A stretch of 64,000 nucleotides of DNA, from positions 37,751 to 101,750 of the forward strand of contig MGJF01000002.1 in assembly GCA_001794125.1 (NCBI GenBank), written 5' to 3'. The notes below the pieces were generated by a model. That model worked only from the letters and a program-made list of their open reading frames with translations. It did no database searches and was not told the origin of the DNA. Positions 1 to 9,362 of the stretch are shown here, piece by piece. The stretch is from Candidatus Yanofskybacteria bacterium RIFCSPHIGHO2_01_FULL_43_32. GTDB taxonomy: Bacteria; Patescibacteriota; Minisyncoccia; 2-02-FULL-40-12; GWA2-44-9. The position numbers were made by a program, and so were the translations under genes. The first letter of the stretch is position 1, and the number at the start of each line of letters is the position of its first letter.

Positions 1-50
1 TGGTAGATGGCTGGATAGCCATACCCGGAACCAGTAGTAAAGCGGTAAAT

Positions 51-305
51 ATGTCAACCGAAAAAGAAGGTGTTATCGATGGTGATTATACTAAAGACCT
101 TGTGTTAAATAGGCTCCTGGAAACAAAAGATATTGAAAAAATAGCCACCGTTAAATTCAAAACATATGGAACAAGCAGGATCTGGACACATGAAGACGAA
201 GTGCCAACTTACAGAGATTTAATTCTCCATGAAATTACAAAAAAAGACTTATGGCGTGGTTATGCTTGGCTTTTGCATACTGATAATTTAAAAAAATTAA
301 ATTAA
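51..305 (+). CDS. hypothetical small protein (84 aa)
   Basis: Intact ORF immediately upstream of and apparently co-transcribed with the methyltransferase gene; no recognisable motif. Confidence 0.3.
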   Translation: MSTEKEGVIDGDYTKDLVLNRLLETKDIEKIATVKFKTYGTSRIWTHEDEVPTYRDLILHEITKKDLWRGYAWLLHTDNLKKLN

Positions 306-306
306 C

Positions 307-1263
307 ATGGAAAAAATCCGCAACTTTAAGCTAAAAGATTTTGCCGGTTTCTTTGGAACCACAGTTCAAGATATTCCCGAGGTTTGCCGGAAAATAATAA
401 CAAAAAGTGATTTTCGTTATCGCTTGGTTTCTGCTACGAAACTGACTCAATTAATTCGGGAGATAAATAGAAAAATTGATGGGGATGATTTGTTTGTGGC
501 CGGTAAAAAAGCTAAATCGATTTGGCAAAAGAGGTGGTCTGCTCAGCTTAAAGATTTTGTTGCCAACGACTTCCAAGCTACAGTTTTGGTGCCAAAATAT
601 GTCAAAAAACCGATTAATAATACATATTGCCGGTTTGATCATGGTTTTATTGCTCCATTGGATGAAAATTTTGAATTGAACTGGAAACTGGTTTTGAAAT
701 ACTGGTTATTCGGTAAGTACCTTAAAAATGTGGACCACATTTATGAATTCGGCTGTGGAACGGGGATAAATATGGCGATACTTGCCGATCTGTTTCCGCA
801 AAAAAAATTGCATTGTTCAGACTGGGTAGATTCATCCAAAAAAATAGCTGAGCATATGTCTAAGCAGTATCACTGGAACGTGTCGGGCCATGTTTTTGAT
901 ATGTTTCATCCCGATCCAAAATTTAAAATAGAAAAAAATAGCGCTTTTTTGACTTTTGGCGCTTTGGAGCAAATGGGAACGGGATATGAATCTTTTATAA
1001 ATTTTGCCATAAAAAATAAAATAGATTTATTTGTAAACGTGGAACCAGTAGAAGAATTGCTCGATAAAACCGATTCCTTAGATGCTTTGTCCATCAAGTT
1101 TATTTATAAAAGGAATTATTTAAGAAATTACTTAACTTATCTGCGCCGTTTGCAAACAGAAGGCAAAATAAAAATTCAAAAAGTACAAAGGACTTGTCCT
1201 GGGAGCTTCTATCAGGATCTTTCATATATTGTTTGGCGGCCAATTAAACCTAAGATTAATTGA
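307..1263 (+). CDS. class I SAM-dependent methyltransferase
   Basis: Motif I EFGCGTGINMAILAD (GxGxG Rossmann SAM-binding); start 1 nt after previous stop. Confidence 0.55.
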   Translation: MEKIRNFKLKDFAGFFGTTVQDIPEVCRKIITKSDFRYRLVSATKLTQLIREINRKIDGDDLFVAGKKAKSIWQKRWSAQLKDFVANDFQATVLVPKYVKKPINNTYCRFDHGFIAPLDENFELNWKLVLKYWLFGKYLKNVDHIYEFGCGTGINMAILADLFPQKKLHCSDWVDSSKKIAEHMSKQYHWNVSGHVFDMFHPDPKFKIEKNSAFLTFGALEQMGTGYESFINFAIKNKIDLFVNVEPVEELLDKTDSLDALSIKFIYKRNYLRNYLTYLRRLQTEGKIKIQKVQRTCPGSFYQDLSYIVWRPIKPKIN

Positions 1264-1266
1264 ACC

Positions 1267-2262
1267 ATGATTATAACGAGAACCCCATTTAGAATTTCAT
1301 TTTTCGGAGGTGGTACAGATTACCCTGTTTGGTATGAGAAAAACGGCGGCTCCGTCTTGTCTATGGCCATTGATAAATATAGTTATATCAATTTGCGTTC
1401 TATGCCGCCGTTTTTTAAACATAAATATAAAATCATTTATTCTAAACACGAAGAAGTTAAACATATCAATAAAATAAAACACCCTTCGGCAAGGGAAACG
1501 CTTCGCTATTTAAATATTGATGGAGGTGTGGTAATTCACCACGACGGTGATTTACCGGCCATGTCCGGCCTGGGCTCTAGTTCATCATTTACTGTCGGAC
1601 TCGTCCATGCTTTATCCGGGTTGAAAGGAGAAATAAAAACAAAACGCCAATTGGCGCTGGATGCTATTCATATAGAACAAAATTTAATCAAAGAAAATGT
1701 TGGTTCTCAAGATCAAACTATTGCCGCCTTCGGCGGTCTTAATCGTATAGATTTTGGCGGACCTCAAAAAATTCAAGTTTACCCGATAACTATAAGCAAA
1801 GAAAGAACGGAATTGTTTAAAAGTCATCTCATGCTATTTTTTACTGATTTTACCCGGCAAGCTTCTAAAATAGCTAAACATTGGATAAAAAATACCAAGA
1901 ATAACGGTAATGAACTTAAATCGATAACCAATATGGTTGACGAGGGAGTGGCTATTTTATGCAGTAATCGGAACATAATTGATTTCGGTAAATTGCTTCA
2001 CGAACATTGGTTAATAAAACGTGGGCTGGCTCAAAAAATTTCCAATCCTAAAATAGACGAAATATACAAAATCGGACGGGAAGCGGGAGCTATTGGCGGG
2101 AAGCTACTCGGCGCGGGTGGCGGAGGTTTTATGTTGTTTTTTGCGAAACCGGAGGATCATCCCAAAATAAAAGAAAAATTAAAAAAGTTTTTATATGTGC
2201 CGTTTAACATTGATATGCTTGGAAGCCAGATAATTTATCATAATCTTAATAATAGTTTTTAA
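1267..2262 (+). CDS. GHMP-family sugar kinase, D-glycero-alpha-D-manno-heptose-7-phosphate kinase (HddA/WcbL)-like
   Basis: N-terminus MIITRTPFRISFFGGGTDYPVWYEKNGGSVLSMAIDKY closely matches HddA; GHMP motif PAMSGLGSSSSFTVG; C-terminal GAGGGGF. Confidence 0.7.
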   Translation: MIITRTPFRISFFGGGTDYPVWYEKNGGSVLSMAIDKYSYINLRSMPPFFKHKYKIIYSKHEEVKHINKIKHPSARETLRYLNIDGGVVIHHDGDLPAMSGLGSSSSFTVGLVHALSGLKGEIKTKRQLALDAIHIEQNLIKENVGSQDQTIAAFGGLNRIDFGGPQKIQVYPITISKERTELFKSHLMLFFTDFTRQASKIAKHWIKNTKNNGNELKSITNMVDEGVAILCSNRNIIDFGKLLHEHWLIKRGLAQKISNPKIDEIYKIGREAGAIGGKLLGAGGGGFMLFFAKPEDHPKIKEKLKKFLYVPFNIDMLGSQIIYHNLNNSF

Positions 2263-2265
2263 AAA

Positions 2266-2300
2266 TAACCTACCGTCAGCTTACAGCCGGCGGTAGGTTT
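2266..2300. terminator. hairpin between convergent genes (acctaccg...cggtaggt) with flanking A/T runs
   Basis: 8-bp inverted repeat 2268-2275/2291-2298 between + gene stop 2262 and - gene stop 2299. Confidence 0.3.
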
Positions 2301-2814
2301 AAACACCCCTGTCTCTGTTTGAAAGTATCGGATTAACAACCGGCCACGGAATATTAAATCTTGGGTCGTTCCATCGGACGCTCCACTGGTTTTCTGCTCC
2401 TTTGTAATATTCTGATTGGTTGTAATGAAAAATAGCACCCTTATTACTTAAAACGAGGTGGCCATTCAGGTGTTTCGGCGGAATAAGAATTTGTAAACCA
2501 TTGTCGTCGGTTAAGAAAAACATTTCCCATTTGCCAAAATGACAGGAAAATTGGTCATAATTTACTACCGCCAAACAAAAAGCGCCGAAAGGACAACAAA
2601 TCATTTTGTAAGTTTTGTCGTCTCCATGGAGACCCCTTAGGGTATTTTTCCTAGAAAAGGAAAAATCCTGTTCCACAAAATCAATCGTGATTCCTTTCTT
2701 AAAGTAATCCTCTCTTTGATAAATTGTCGCATAAATCCCGCGGTGATCCCTGAACGGAAATCCTCTGTGTATTTTCAATACTCCAGGTAAAGAAGTTGAA
2801 GAGACCTTGATCAC
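2299..2814 (-). CDS. RmlC-like cupin sugar-nucleotide 3,5-epimerase (dTDP-4-dehydrorhamnose 3,5-epimerase family)
   Basis: RGLHGD motif, IPPKHLNGH and WNDPRFNIPWP align with RmlC RGLH / IPxGFAHGF / WNDPxxxIxWP. Confidence 0.7.
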   Translation of the reverse strand: MIKVSSTSLPGVLKIHRGFPFRDHRGIYATIYQREDYFKKGITIDFVEQDFSFSRKNTLRGLHGDDKTYKMICCPFGAFCLAVVNYDQFSCHFGKWEMFFLTDDNGLQILIPPKHLNGHLVLSNKGAIFHYNQSEYYKGAENQWSVRWNDPRFNIPWPVVNPILSNRDRGV

Positions 2815-2897
2815 GAACCTGTTCCTCGGTTGATTTTAAAGTATCAATATTAAGATTGTACTATGTATCGTAGACGTGTCAAGCCAACAATAAAAAA

Positions 2898-2926
2898 TTG
2901 ACAACGGGTTCTTTGTTATATATATT
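2898..2926 (+). promoter_or_regulatory. sigma70-like promoter TTGACA-17nt-TATATT upstream of first split transketolase
   Basis: TTGACA 2898-2903, TATATT 2921-2926. It lies inside the ORF-track start at 2926, so the real start is likely ATG 2980. Confidence 0.45.
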
Positions 2927-2979
2927 TGCGCCAATTGAACATTAAAAACAAGGATGGGGGAGTGATAAATAACAACCAC

Positions 2980-3780
2980 ATGGCTAAGCAGGCGAGAATG
3001 GCTCGCCACATGATACTGGATATGATATTTGAAGCAAGATCATCCCATCTTGGCTGCGCTCTTTCCATCGTCGACATACTAACAGCATTATATTTTGGGG
3101 ATATTCTAAAAATTGACCCCAAAAATCCTGATTTGGAAGACAGGGACAAGTTTATTTTGAGCAAAGGCCATGCTTGTGTGGCGTTGTATGCTACTTTGGC
3201 TTTGAAGGGTTATTTTTCATTAGAAAAATTGAAAGAGTATGGAACTGACGGTACTCTGATCGGAGATCACAATACCCGTGGCGCTTTGCCTGGAATCGAA
3301 ACAACCAACGGTTCTCTCGGGCATGGCTTGCCGATTGGTGTCGGGATGGCATTAGCCGCAAAGAAGGCAAAAAGATCGTCAAGAGTCTTTGTTTTGGTCG
3401 GAGATGGTGAGCTTCAGGAAGGTTCAAACTGGGAAGCTTTGATGTTTGCCGGATTCCATAAATTGGACAACTTAACTCTCATTATTGACAATAACAACCT
3501 TGAGACACTCGGACCGACCGACAAAATTCTTAGTTTGGCCGGATTACATGATAAATTAGAAAGTTTCGGATGGGATACGGAAAGCATTTGCGGACATCGC
3601 TTCGCAGAAATTATCGGCCAGCTAAATATGTCTCATGAAAAACCGTTTGCACTAAATTGCCACACAACAAAGGGCAAGGGTGTTCCGTTCATGGAGAATG
3701 ATCATATCTGGCACGGCAAATGTCCGACCAAAGAAGAATATGAGAGAGCCAAAAAAGAATTGAACGGAGGATTGCAATGA
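2980..3780 (+). CDS. transketolase, N-terminal (ThDP-binding) subunit, copy 1
   Basis: SKGHACVALYATLAL, GSLGHGLPIGVGMALA, GDGELQEGSNWEA motifs. Start moved to ATG 2980 (MAKQARMARHMILD) downstream of the promoter. Confidence 0.8.
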   Translation: MAKQARMARHMILDMIFEARSSHLGCALSIVDILTALYFGDILKIDPKNPDLEDRDKFILSKGHACVALYATLALKGYFSLEKLKEYGTDGTLIGDHNTRGALPGIETTNGSLGHGLPIGVGMALAAKKAKRSSRVFVLVGDGELQEGSNWEALMFAGFHKLDNLTLIIDNNNLETLGPTDKILSLAGLHDKLESFGWDTESICGHRFAEIIGQLNMSHEKPFALNCHTTKGKGVPFMENDHIWHGKCPTKEEYERAKKELNGGLQ

Positions 3781-4703
3781 GATTTGAGGTCGTCAAAACG
3801 ATTTACAAGGCTGCGTGTTCCGATTCCAAAGTAGTTTTTCTAACAGGGGATTTGGGCCATGCTCATTTGGATGATTTCAGAAAAAATTTACCCGGCCAGT
3901 ATTATAATATCGGCATTGCTGAGCAAAACATGATAGGTATTGCTGCCGGACTTGCTCTTTCCGGCCACAGAGTGTTTGTTTATTCAATTGCTCCCTTTGT
4001 GACGCTGCGGTGTCTTGAACAAATTAAGGTAGATGTTTGTTATCAAAATGTTGGGGTCGTGGTTGTCGGAGTGGCCGCTGGCTATGCCTATTCAACATGC
4101 GGATGCACTCATCATGCGATTGAAGATGTTGCGGCCATGAAAGCATTGCCGAATATGCAGATATATTCGCCATCCAATTCATTAGAAGCGCGGTTGGTTA
4201 CAGAATATCTAATAAAAACATCGCATCCCGCCTATCTGCGCATCGGTAAAGGCGGGGAATTGAGCGCCGAAAAAGAATATGGCCTTGAAATCGGCAAGGG
4301 GTTAGTCGTTAAGCCTGGCAACGATATAACCATATTCGCCACCGGCACGATTGTAAATGAGGCGGTTGCCGCAAGCAATATTTTGGAGCAACACGGAGTC
4401 AGCGCAGAGGTGATAAATATACACACAATAAAACCCTTGGACAAAGAGCTTGTTGAAAAATCAGCTCAAACCAGAGATGCGGTATTTGTCCTAGAAGAAC
4501 ACAACATCATTGGCGGACTGGGTGAAAGCATCGCAAGAATAATCTGCGAATGTAATGGGAACAAGAAACCAATTTTCAAATGTCTTGGCGTTCCCGACGA
4601 ATACAACCATCGTGCAGGTAGCCACCAGTATATGTTGGGCTGTTATGGATTGAACGCAGAAGCAATTGCCAGACAAATTGTAGAATTATATAAAAAGGCC
4701 TAG
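3777..4703 (+). CDS. transketolase, C-terminal (pyrimidine-binding) subunit, copy 1
   Basis: GIAEQNMIGIAAGLALSGHRVFVYSIAPFVTLRCLEQIK; ATGA overlap with upstream stop. Confidence 0.8.
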   Translation: MRFEVVKTIYKAACSDSKVVFLTGDLGHAHLDDFRKNLPGQYYNIGIAEQNMIGIAAGLALSGHRVFVYSIAPFVTLRCLEQIKVDVCYQNVGVVVVGVAAGYAYSTCGCTHHAIEDVAAMKALPNMQIYSPSNSLEARLVTEYLIKTSHPAYLRIGKGGELSAEKEYGLEIGKGLVVKPGNDITIFATGTIVNEAVAASNILEQHGVSAEVINIHTIKPLDKELVEKSAQTRDAVFVLEEHNIIGGLGESIARIICECNGNKKPIFKCLGVPDEYNHRAGSHQYMLGCYGLNAEAIARQIVELYKKA

Positions 4704-4716
4704 GGGCCTTTTTTCA
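4692..4716 (+). terminator. rho-independent terminator
   Basis: aaaaaggcc-tagg-ggccttttttc perfect hairpin plus T-run overlapping the stop codon. Confidence 0.6.
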
Positions 4717-4775
4717 TTGACAGAAGCCCAAAAAAATACATAATATACACCAAGAACTTTGAAATAAGGAAAAAT

Positions 4776-5576
4776 ATGGATCTCGGTTTAAAAGGAAGAA
4801 CAGCACTCATTACCGGTTCAAGCCAGGGTATCGGCAAGGCATGTGCTATCGCTTTAGCCAGAGAAGGGTGCAATATAATTTTGTGCGCGCGAAATGCTTC
4901 TAAGTTAAGAACAGTTTGTGTGGAAATTGAAGAGATGTATCCCGATATTAATGTAAACTGGGCAACCGTTGACGCAACTTCTCGAGAAAGTGTTAAGAGT
5001 TTTTTAAGTCAGATTCATTCTCTTGATATTTTGGTAAATAATGTCGGCGGCGGAACAGAAAAACCATTAAAACTTTGGGGATTAACCGAGGAACAATGGA
5101 TTGACACGTACAAGTTAAATGCTTTAAGCATGGTGTGGTTTACCGAATTCGCGGTTCCTCTTCTTGAAAAATCTTTACAGCCGAGAGTTATAAATATTGG
5201 AAGCAAAACATCTCATGAGCCGGGATGGAACAATCCCCACTATGGCGCTGCCAAATCAGCCATGGATTATCTGAATAAGCGCATATCCAATGAGTTGGCG
5301 CCTAAAGGAATTTGCGTCAACGTTATCGGTCCCCATGCGCTTATTTGCGACACTTGGGAGAGAGATGTTCGCGACCGCGCGCAAACTCTCGGAATAGCTA
5401 TTCAGAAAGCACGGGCCATTGTGACCAAAGAGGTTGTAAGCAAAATACCAATGGGACGACAAGGCACAGATGAAGATGCGGCTAATTTGGTTGTTTTCCT
5501 GGCTTCTGCTCAAGCTAATTTTATCACCGGTACTTACATTCCCTTAGACGGTGGAGCTACGAGGTCGATTCTTTGA
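4776..5576 (+). CDS. SDR-family oxidoreductase
   Basis: TGSSQGIGKACAIALAREG (TGxxxGIG) Rossmann motif, YxxxK region, AGGAA RBS. Confidence 0.8.
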   Translation: MDLGLKGRTALITGSSQGIGKACAIALAREGCNIILCARNASKLRTVCVEIEEMYPDINVNWATVDATSRESVKSFLSQIHSLDILVNNVGGGTEKPLKLWGLTEEQWIDTYKLNALSMVWFTEFAVPLLEKSLQPRVINIGSKTSHEPGWNNPHYGAAKSAMDYLNKRISNELAPKGICVNVIGPHALICDTWERDVRDRAQTLGIAIQKARAIVTKEVVSKIPMGRQGTDEDAANLVVFLASAQANFITGTYIPLDGGATRSIL

Positions 5577-5601
5577 GGGCTAAGATTTTTAGCCCTTTTT
5601 T
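5575..5601 (+). terminator. rho-independent terminator
   Basis: gggctaa-gattt-ttagccc followed by tttttt. Confidence 0.55.
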
Positions 5602-5645
5602 AAATATTATAAAAATTGAAACTTTAATTTAAAGAATTAGATTAA

Positions 5646-5671
5646 CAAAAAAAAACACGCTGAATGCGTGT
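5646..5671 (-). terminator. rho-independent terminator for minus-strand SDR gene
   Basis: acacgc-tgaat-gcgtgt hairpin with a 9-nt A-run on + (T-run on -). Confidence 0.55.
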
Positions 5672-6453
5672 TATAAAATCTTGCTTTGACCTCCGTCAAT
5701 CACTATTGAGGCGCCGTTTAGCAGTTGGGCTTTGTCTGAACAAATAAATGTTACGACACTTGCCACTTCTTCGGGTAAACCCAGTCGCCCTAATGGGAAA
5801 TTTTCCAGAACAAACTTATTGAATTCTTCCGGATTTTCCCTTTGTTTTCTTTCCAGTCCCGTGTCCGGTATCATTATCTGTCCCGGAGCAACGCTATTGA
5901 ACGTAATTCCGTCTCTTACCAAGTCGTGTTTGATGGCCAGGCTTTTCATAAAACTTATCTGCGCGCTCTTTGCCATGCTGTACCATGGTCTTCCTCCGGC
6001 TTCCCGCCCGCAAATAGAAGATATGGTGACTACCCTGCCCCATTTTTCTTTTCTCATAAGAGGCAGACACCGCATTGTAAATCTGATAGCTGCTGTAACG
6101 TTTTTGTCATATACGTCTTGCCACACCTTTTCGGAAGTTTGCTCAACATCTTCACTGCCCCAGCTTCCGCCTCCGCCTACGTTATTTATCAAAATATGCA
6201 ATTTTCCCCACGTGCCGGTTATAATACTTACCACTCGCTCAATATCTTGCGGGTTTGTTGCGTCAGCGCTTATTCCTATGCCAACAACACCTTTGTTTTC
6301 TATCTCTTTGACCACTTCATCAACCCTTTGTTTGTTTCTCGCACAGATAGCCACGTGACAGCCTTCAGCAGCTAAGGCAAGAGCTATTGCCCGGCCAATC
6401 CCGTGACTGCCACCGGTAACCAATGCGTACTTTCCACTTAGACCCAAGTTCAA
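5671..6453 (-). CDS. SDR-family oxidoreductase (3-oxoacyl-ACP-reductase-like)
   Basis: VTGGSHGIGRAIALALAAEG, NNVGGGG; convergent with the preceding SDR. Confidence 0.8.
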   Translation of the reverse strand: MNLGLSGKYALVTGGSHGIGRAIALALAAEGCHVAICARNKQRVDEVVKEIENKGVVGIGISADATNPQDIERVVSIITGTWGKLHILINNVGGGGSWGSEDVEQTSEKVWQDVYDKNVTAAIRFTMRCLPLMRKEKWGRVVTISSICGREAGGRPWYSMAKSAQISFMKSLAIKHDLVRDGITFNSVAPGQIMIPDTGLERKQRENPEEFNKFVLENFPLGRLGLPEEVASVVTFICSDKAQLLNGASIVIDGGQSKIL

Positions 6454-6557
6454 ATTAGCTCTCCTTCAGTTATTATTTTCAATAAACTGGCCATAGAATA
6501 GAATACTTTTGGTGATTTGTCAAAAAAATGTAAAAAACTCGGCATCTGGTACTGAGC

Positions 6558-6585
6558 TTGATTTACTTCAAAATCATAGTATAAT
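6558..6585 (+). promoter_or_regulatory. sigma70-like promoter TTGATT-16nt-TATAAT (extended TAGTATAAT)
   Basis: Lies inside the ORF-track start 6509, so the real start is ATG 6620. Confidence 0.45.
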
Positions 6586-6619
6586 TTCGACACGCGATCT
6601 TTTAAAACTAGGCCACAAA

Positions 6620-7450
6620 ATGAATATAGACAAATTAAGCAAGAAGGCGAAATGGATCAGAAGCAGAGCCCTGGAAATGTGCATCAATGCCGGCAAGGGC
6701 CATCTTGGCGGCGCATTTTCCTGTACCGAAATTCTTGTCGCTCTTTACTATGGCGGTATTTTGAACATATCGCCCCTCTCAAAAAACAACTCCGACAGAG
6801 ACAGGCTGATATTCAGCAAGGGCCATGCCATGCTGGCTCTCTATGTAATTCTTGGAGATTTAGGATTTTTTGACGCCAAAGAATTGGAAGCCTACGGTAA
6901 AAATGGAACAATGCTCGGCGATCACCCTGATCACATGATACCCGGAATAGAAATCGCTTCCGGATCATTAGGCCATGGCTTAAGTGTTGCCTGCGGTCTT
7001 GCACTGTCTGCAAAAATGAACAACAAAAATTTTCTGACAGTGGCAATCTTGGGTGATGCTGAATGCAACGAGGGCTCCGTTTGGGAGGCAGCAACATTCG
7101 GTTGCAACTCCAAATTAAACAATTTGGTAGCAGTCGTAGACAACAACAGAATAGGCGCCACAGATTTTACGGAAAATTTTTCCGGTTCAATGCCGATGGA
7201 AAATAAATGGCAAGCATTCGGATGGCAGACGGTAAAAATTGACGGCCATAGTTTCAGAGATATCTTGTCTGGTTTTGAAAGAGCCAAGCAGTCAACGGAC
7301 AGACCCACGGCTATTATAGCCGAAACTATAAAAGGTAAAGGTATTTCATTCATGGAAAATAAATCTAATTGGCATCACGGCGCGCCCAAAGGCGAATTGG
7401 CCATTAAGGCCCGGCAAGAACTTGCAGACGGAGATAAAAATGGAAACTAA
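6620..7450 (+). CDS. transketolase, N-terminal subunit, copy 2 (paralog of 2980-3780)
   Basis: FSKGHAMLALYVILG, GSLGHGLSVACGLALSA, GDAECNEGSVWEA. Confidence 0.8.
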   Translation: MNIDKLSKKAKWIRSRALEMCINAGKGHLGGAFSCTEILVALYYGGILNISPLSKNNSDRDRLIFSKGHAMLALYVILGDLGFFDAKELEAYGKNGTMLGDHPDHMIPGIEIASGSLGHGLSVACGLALSAKMNNKNFLTVAILGDAECNEGSVWEAATFGCNSKLNNLVAVVDNNRIGATDFTENFSGSMPMENKWQAFGWQTVKIDGHSFRDILSGFERAKQSTDRPTAIIAETIKGKGISFMENKSNWHHGAPKGELAIKARQELADGDKNGN

Positions 7451-8387
7451 AAATTATACCGATTTGCGGGACGCTTTTTTTGAGGAGTTATATCTTCTGG
7501 CTTCGGCTGACAGCAATGTGGTTTTAATATACGGCGACCAGGGAGCTCAAACTTTCAAAAAATTCCAGCAAACCATACCTGGTCAAATAATTAACGGCGG
7601 AATCGCGGAACAAAATTTGATAGGTGTTGCGGCTGGCTTGGCCTTAGGCGGCAAAAAAGTTTTTGTCCACGCAATTGCCCCGTTCATTACCTTGAGATGT
7701 TATGAACAAATAAAAGTTGATCTGGGTTTAATGGGTCTTCCTGTTACCTTAGTGGGGATTGGAGCGGGGTACTCTTACGGCGACGCCGGACCCACACACC
7801 ATGCCGTTCAAGACCTGTCAATTTTGCGGGCAATTTCTGGAATGACAATCTTTAACGCATCCGATACTGTTAGCCTATCCCGTTTTGTTAAAATTGCTTA
7901 CGGGAACATTAAAGGACCTGTTTATATCCGATTTGATAAAGATAGTCCCTCTCAAATTTATACGGAAAAAGAAAGTTTTTGCGCAGGTTTGGCGAAAATA
8001 AGAAGCGGAAAAGATATAATTATTATTTCAACCGGTTTAATGGTTCACAGGGCCTTAGCAGTTGCGGATAAATTAAACTCATTGGGAATTGATGCCGGAG
8101 TAATTGATGTATATCGCATCAAACCGCTTAATTCTGTTTTGCTGGCAGAAGTCCTGGCCGGCTGTCAAAGGATTGTCGCCCTTGAAGAACACAGCCCTAT
8201 CGGCGGCCTTGGTTCGCTGATAAGCGAATTCATTTGCGATTCCGGATTGTCTACCGTTTCTCTGAAAAGAATCGCTCTTGAAGATAGCGATTGCTTTACT
8301 TACGGTACGCGTGAATATGTTCATACCCGAATTGGCTTAGACAAGGACACGCTTGTTGCCAGAATACGTGAGTGGCTCGTTTTATAA
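7440..8387 (+). CDS. transketolase, C-terminal subunit, copy 2
   Basis: GIAEQNLIGVAAGLALGGKKVFVHAIAPFITLRCYEQIK; start at ATG 7440 with GGAGA RBS, 11-nt overlap with upstream. Confidence 0.8.
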   Translation: METKNYTDLRDAFFEELYLLASADSNVVLIYGDQGAQTFKKFQQTIPGQIINGGIAEQNLIGVAAGLALGGKKVFVHAIAPFITLRCYEQIKVDLGLMGLPVTLVGIGAGYSYGDAGPTHHAVQDLSILRAISGMTIFNASDTVSLSRFVKIAYGNIKGPVYIRFDKDSPSQIYTEKESFCAGLAKIRSGKDIIIISTGLMVHRALAVADKLNSLGIDAGVIDVYRIKPLNSVLLAEVLAGCQRIVALEEHSPIGGLGSLISEFICDSGLSTVSLKRIALEDSDCFTYGTREYVHTRIGLDKDTLVARIREWLVL

Positions 8388-8412
8388 CCCATGTCAAACA
8401 TGGGTTTTTATT
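8386..8412 (+). terminator. rho-independent terminator
   Basis: aacccatg-tcaaa-catgggtt then tttta. Confidence 0.55.
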
Positions 8413-8439
8413 GACTTTGGTGTGGTTTAAATTATAATC

Positions 8440-9243
8440 ATGGAAACAAGTTTTCGTTCTTTTATTAACAAGGTAGCTAAAGTGGCAGAGAGAAAAATCA
8501 ATGTTGAAACCAAAGAAACAAACAAAGAAAAACAAAATGTTCAAAAATTAGTTACCCTTCTTCGAGAATGTCCAATCCCCAACGAGCAGGTATTGTCTAA
8601 TTTGGGTCTTTTTCTGACCTCTAAAGAATTGGCAAGAATTTTGTTTGTGGATTTTATTTACCGCCAGGCCATAGAAGTTCAGGGTATTATTGTTGAATTT
8701 GGCACTCGTTGGGGTAATAACTTGGCGATTTTTGAAGCCCTAAGAGGAATTTATGAGCCGTTCAACAAGTTAAAACAAATAATTGGCTTTGACACTTTCG
8801 AAGGATTTCCTCATGTGTCGTCAGAGGATGGAAATTCAAACCCCCTTGTCTCTGTGGGAAATTTATCATGCACCGTAAATTACCCTGATTACTTAGACCG
8901 GATAATGAAGTGCCACGAGGAAAGCAACCCGCTTAGTTATATAAAAAAATATAAAATCAGGGTTGGCGATGTCACTAAAGAAATAGACCGATATCTAAAA
9001 GATAATCCGGAAACAATTATTGCTTTGGCATTTTTTGACCTTGATTTGTATAGACCAACCAAGAAGTGTCTCGAAGCCATAAGATCACATCTTGTAAGAG
9101 GCAGTATCTTGGCTTTTGATGAATTAAATGACCACAACTGGCCAGGAGAAACCATTGCTCTTAAGGAAGTGTTCGGTCTAAATAATATTAGACTCAAGAG
9201 GCATCCGCAAGCATCCAGAGTCTCTTACTTTGCAGTAGAGTGA
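8440..9243 (+). CDS. TylF/MycF-family (macrocin O-methyltransferase-like) sugar O-methyltransferase
   Basis: GIIVEFGTRWG ... FDTFEGFP parallels TylF GDIVECGVxRGGS ... DSFEGLP. Confidence 0.55.
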   Translation: METSFRSFINKVAKVAERKINVETKETNKEKQNVQKLVTLLRECPIPNEQVLSNLGLFLTSKELARILFVDFIYRQAIEVQGIIVEFGTRWGNNLAIFEALRGIYEPFNKLKQIIGFDTFEGFPHVSSEDGNSNPLVSVGNLSCTVNYPDYLDRIMKCHEESNPLSYIKKYKIRVGDVTKEIDRYLKDNPETIIALAFFDLDLYRPTKKCLEAIRSHLVRGSILAFDELNDHNWPGETIALKEVFGLNNIRLKRHPQASRVSYFAVE

Positions 9244-9252
9244 TACCAAAAT

Positions 9253-9280
9253 CCGCCCTGAAGGGCGGTTTAATTTTTTG
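9253..9280 (+). terminator. rho-independent terminator
   Basis: ccgccct-ga-agggcgg then tttaatttttt. Confidence 0.6.
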
Positions 9281-9362
9281 TTTCATAAATATGGAACAAC
9301 TTGACTGATTTCAATTTTTTCTGTTAAATAGAGCAACAAGGAATCTTGCAAGGGAGGTAACA

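Noticed and set aside
2926-2979. ORF-track N-terminal extension of the first transketolase (MRQLNIKNKDGGVINNNH...)
   Set aside because: It would place a near-consensus TTGACA/TATATT promoter inside the CDS; the internal ATG 2980 gives a typical transketolase N-terminus
5732-6375. Long + strand ORFs (208 and 177 aa) inside the minus-strand SDR gene
   Set aside because: They lie fully antisense to a well-supported SDR CDS, have low-complexity composition and no motifs; they are shadow ORFs
6509-6619. ORF-track N-terminal extension of the second transketolase N subunit
   Set aside because: It contains the TTGATT-16-TATAAT promoter; the internal ATG 6620 is preferred
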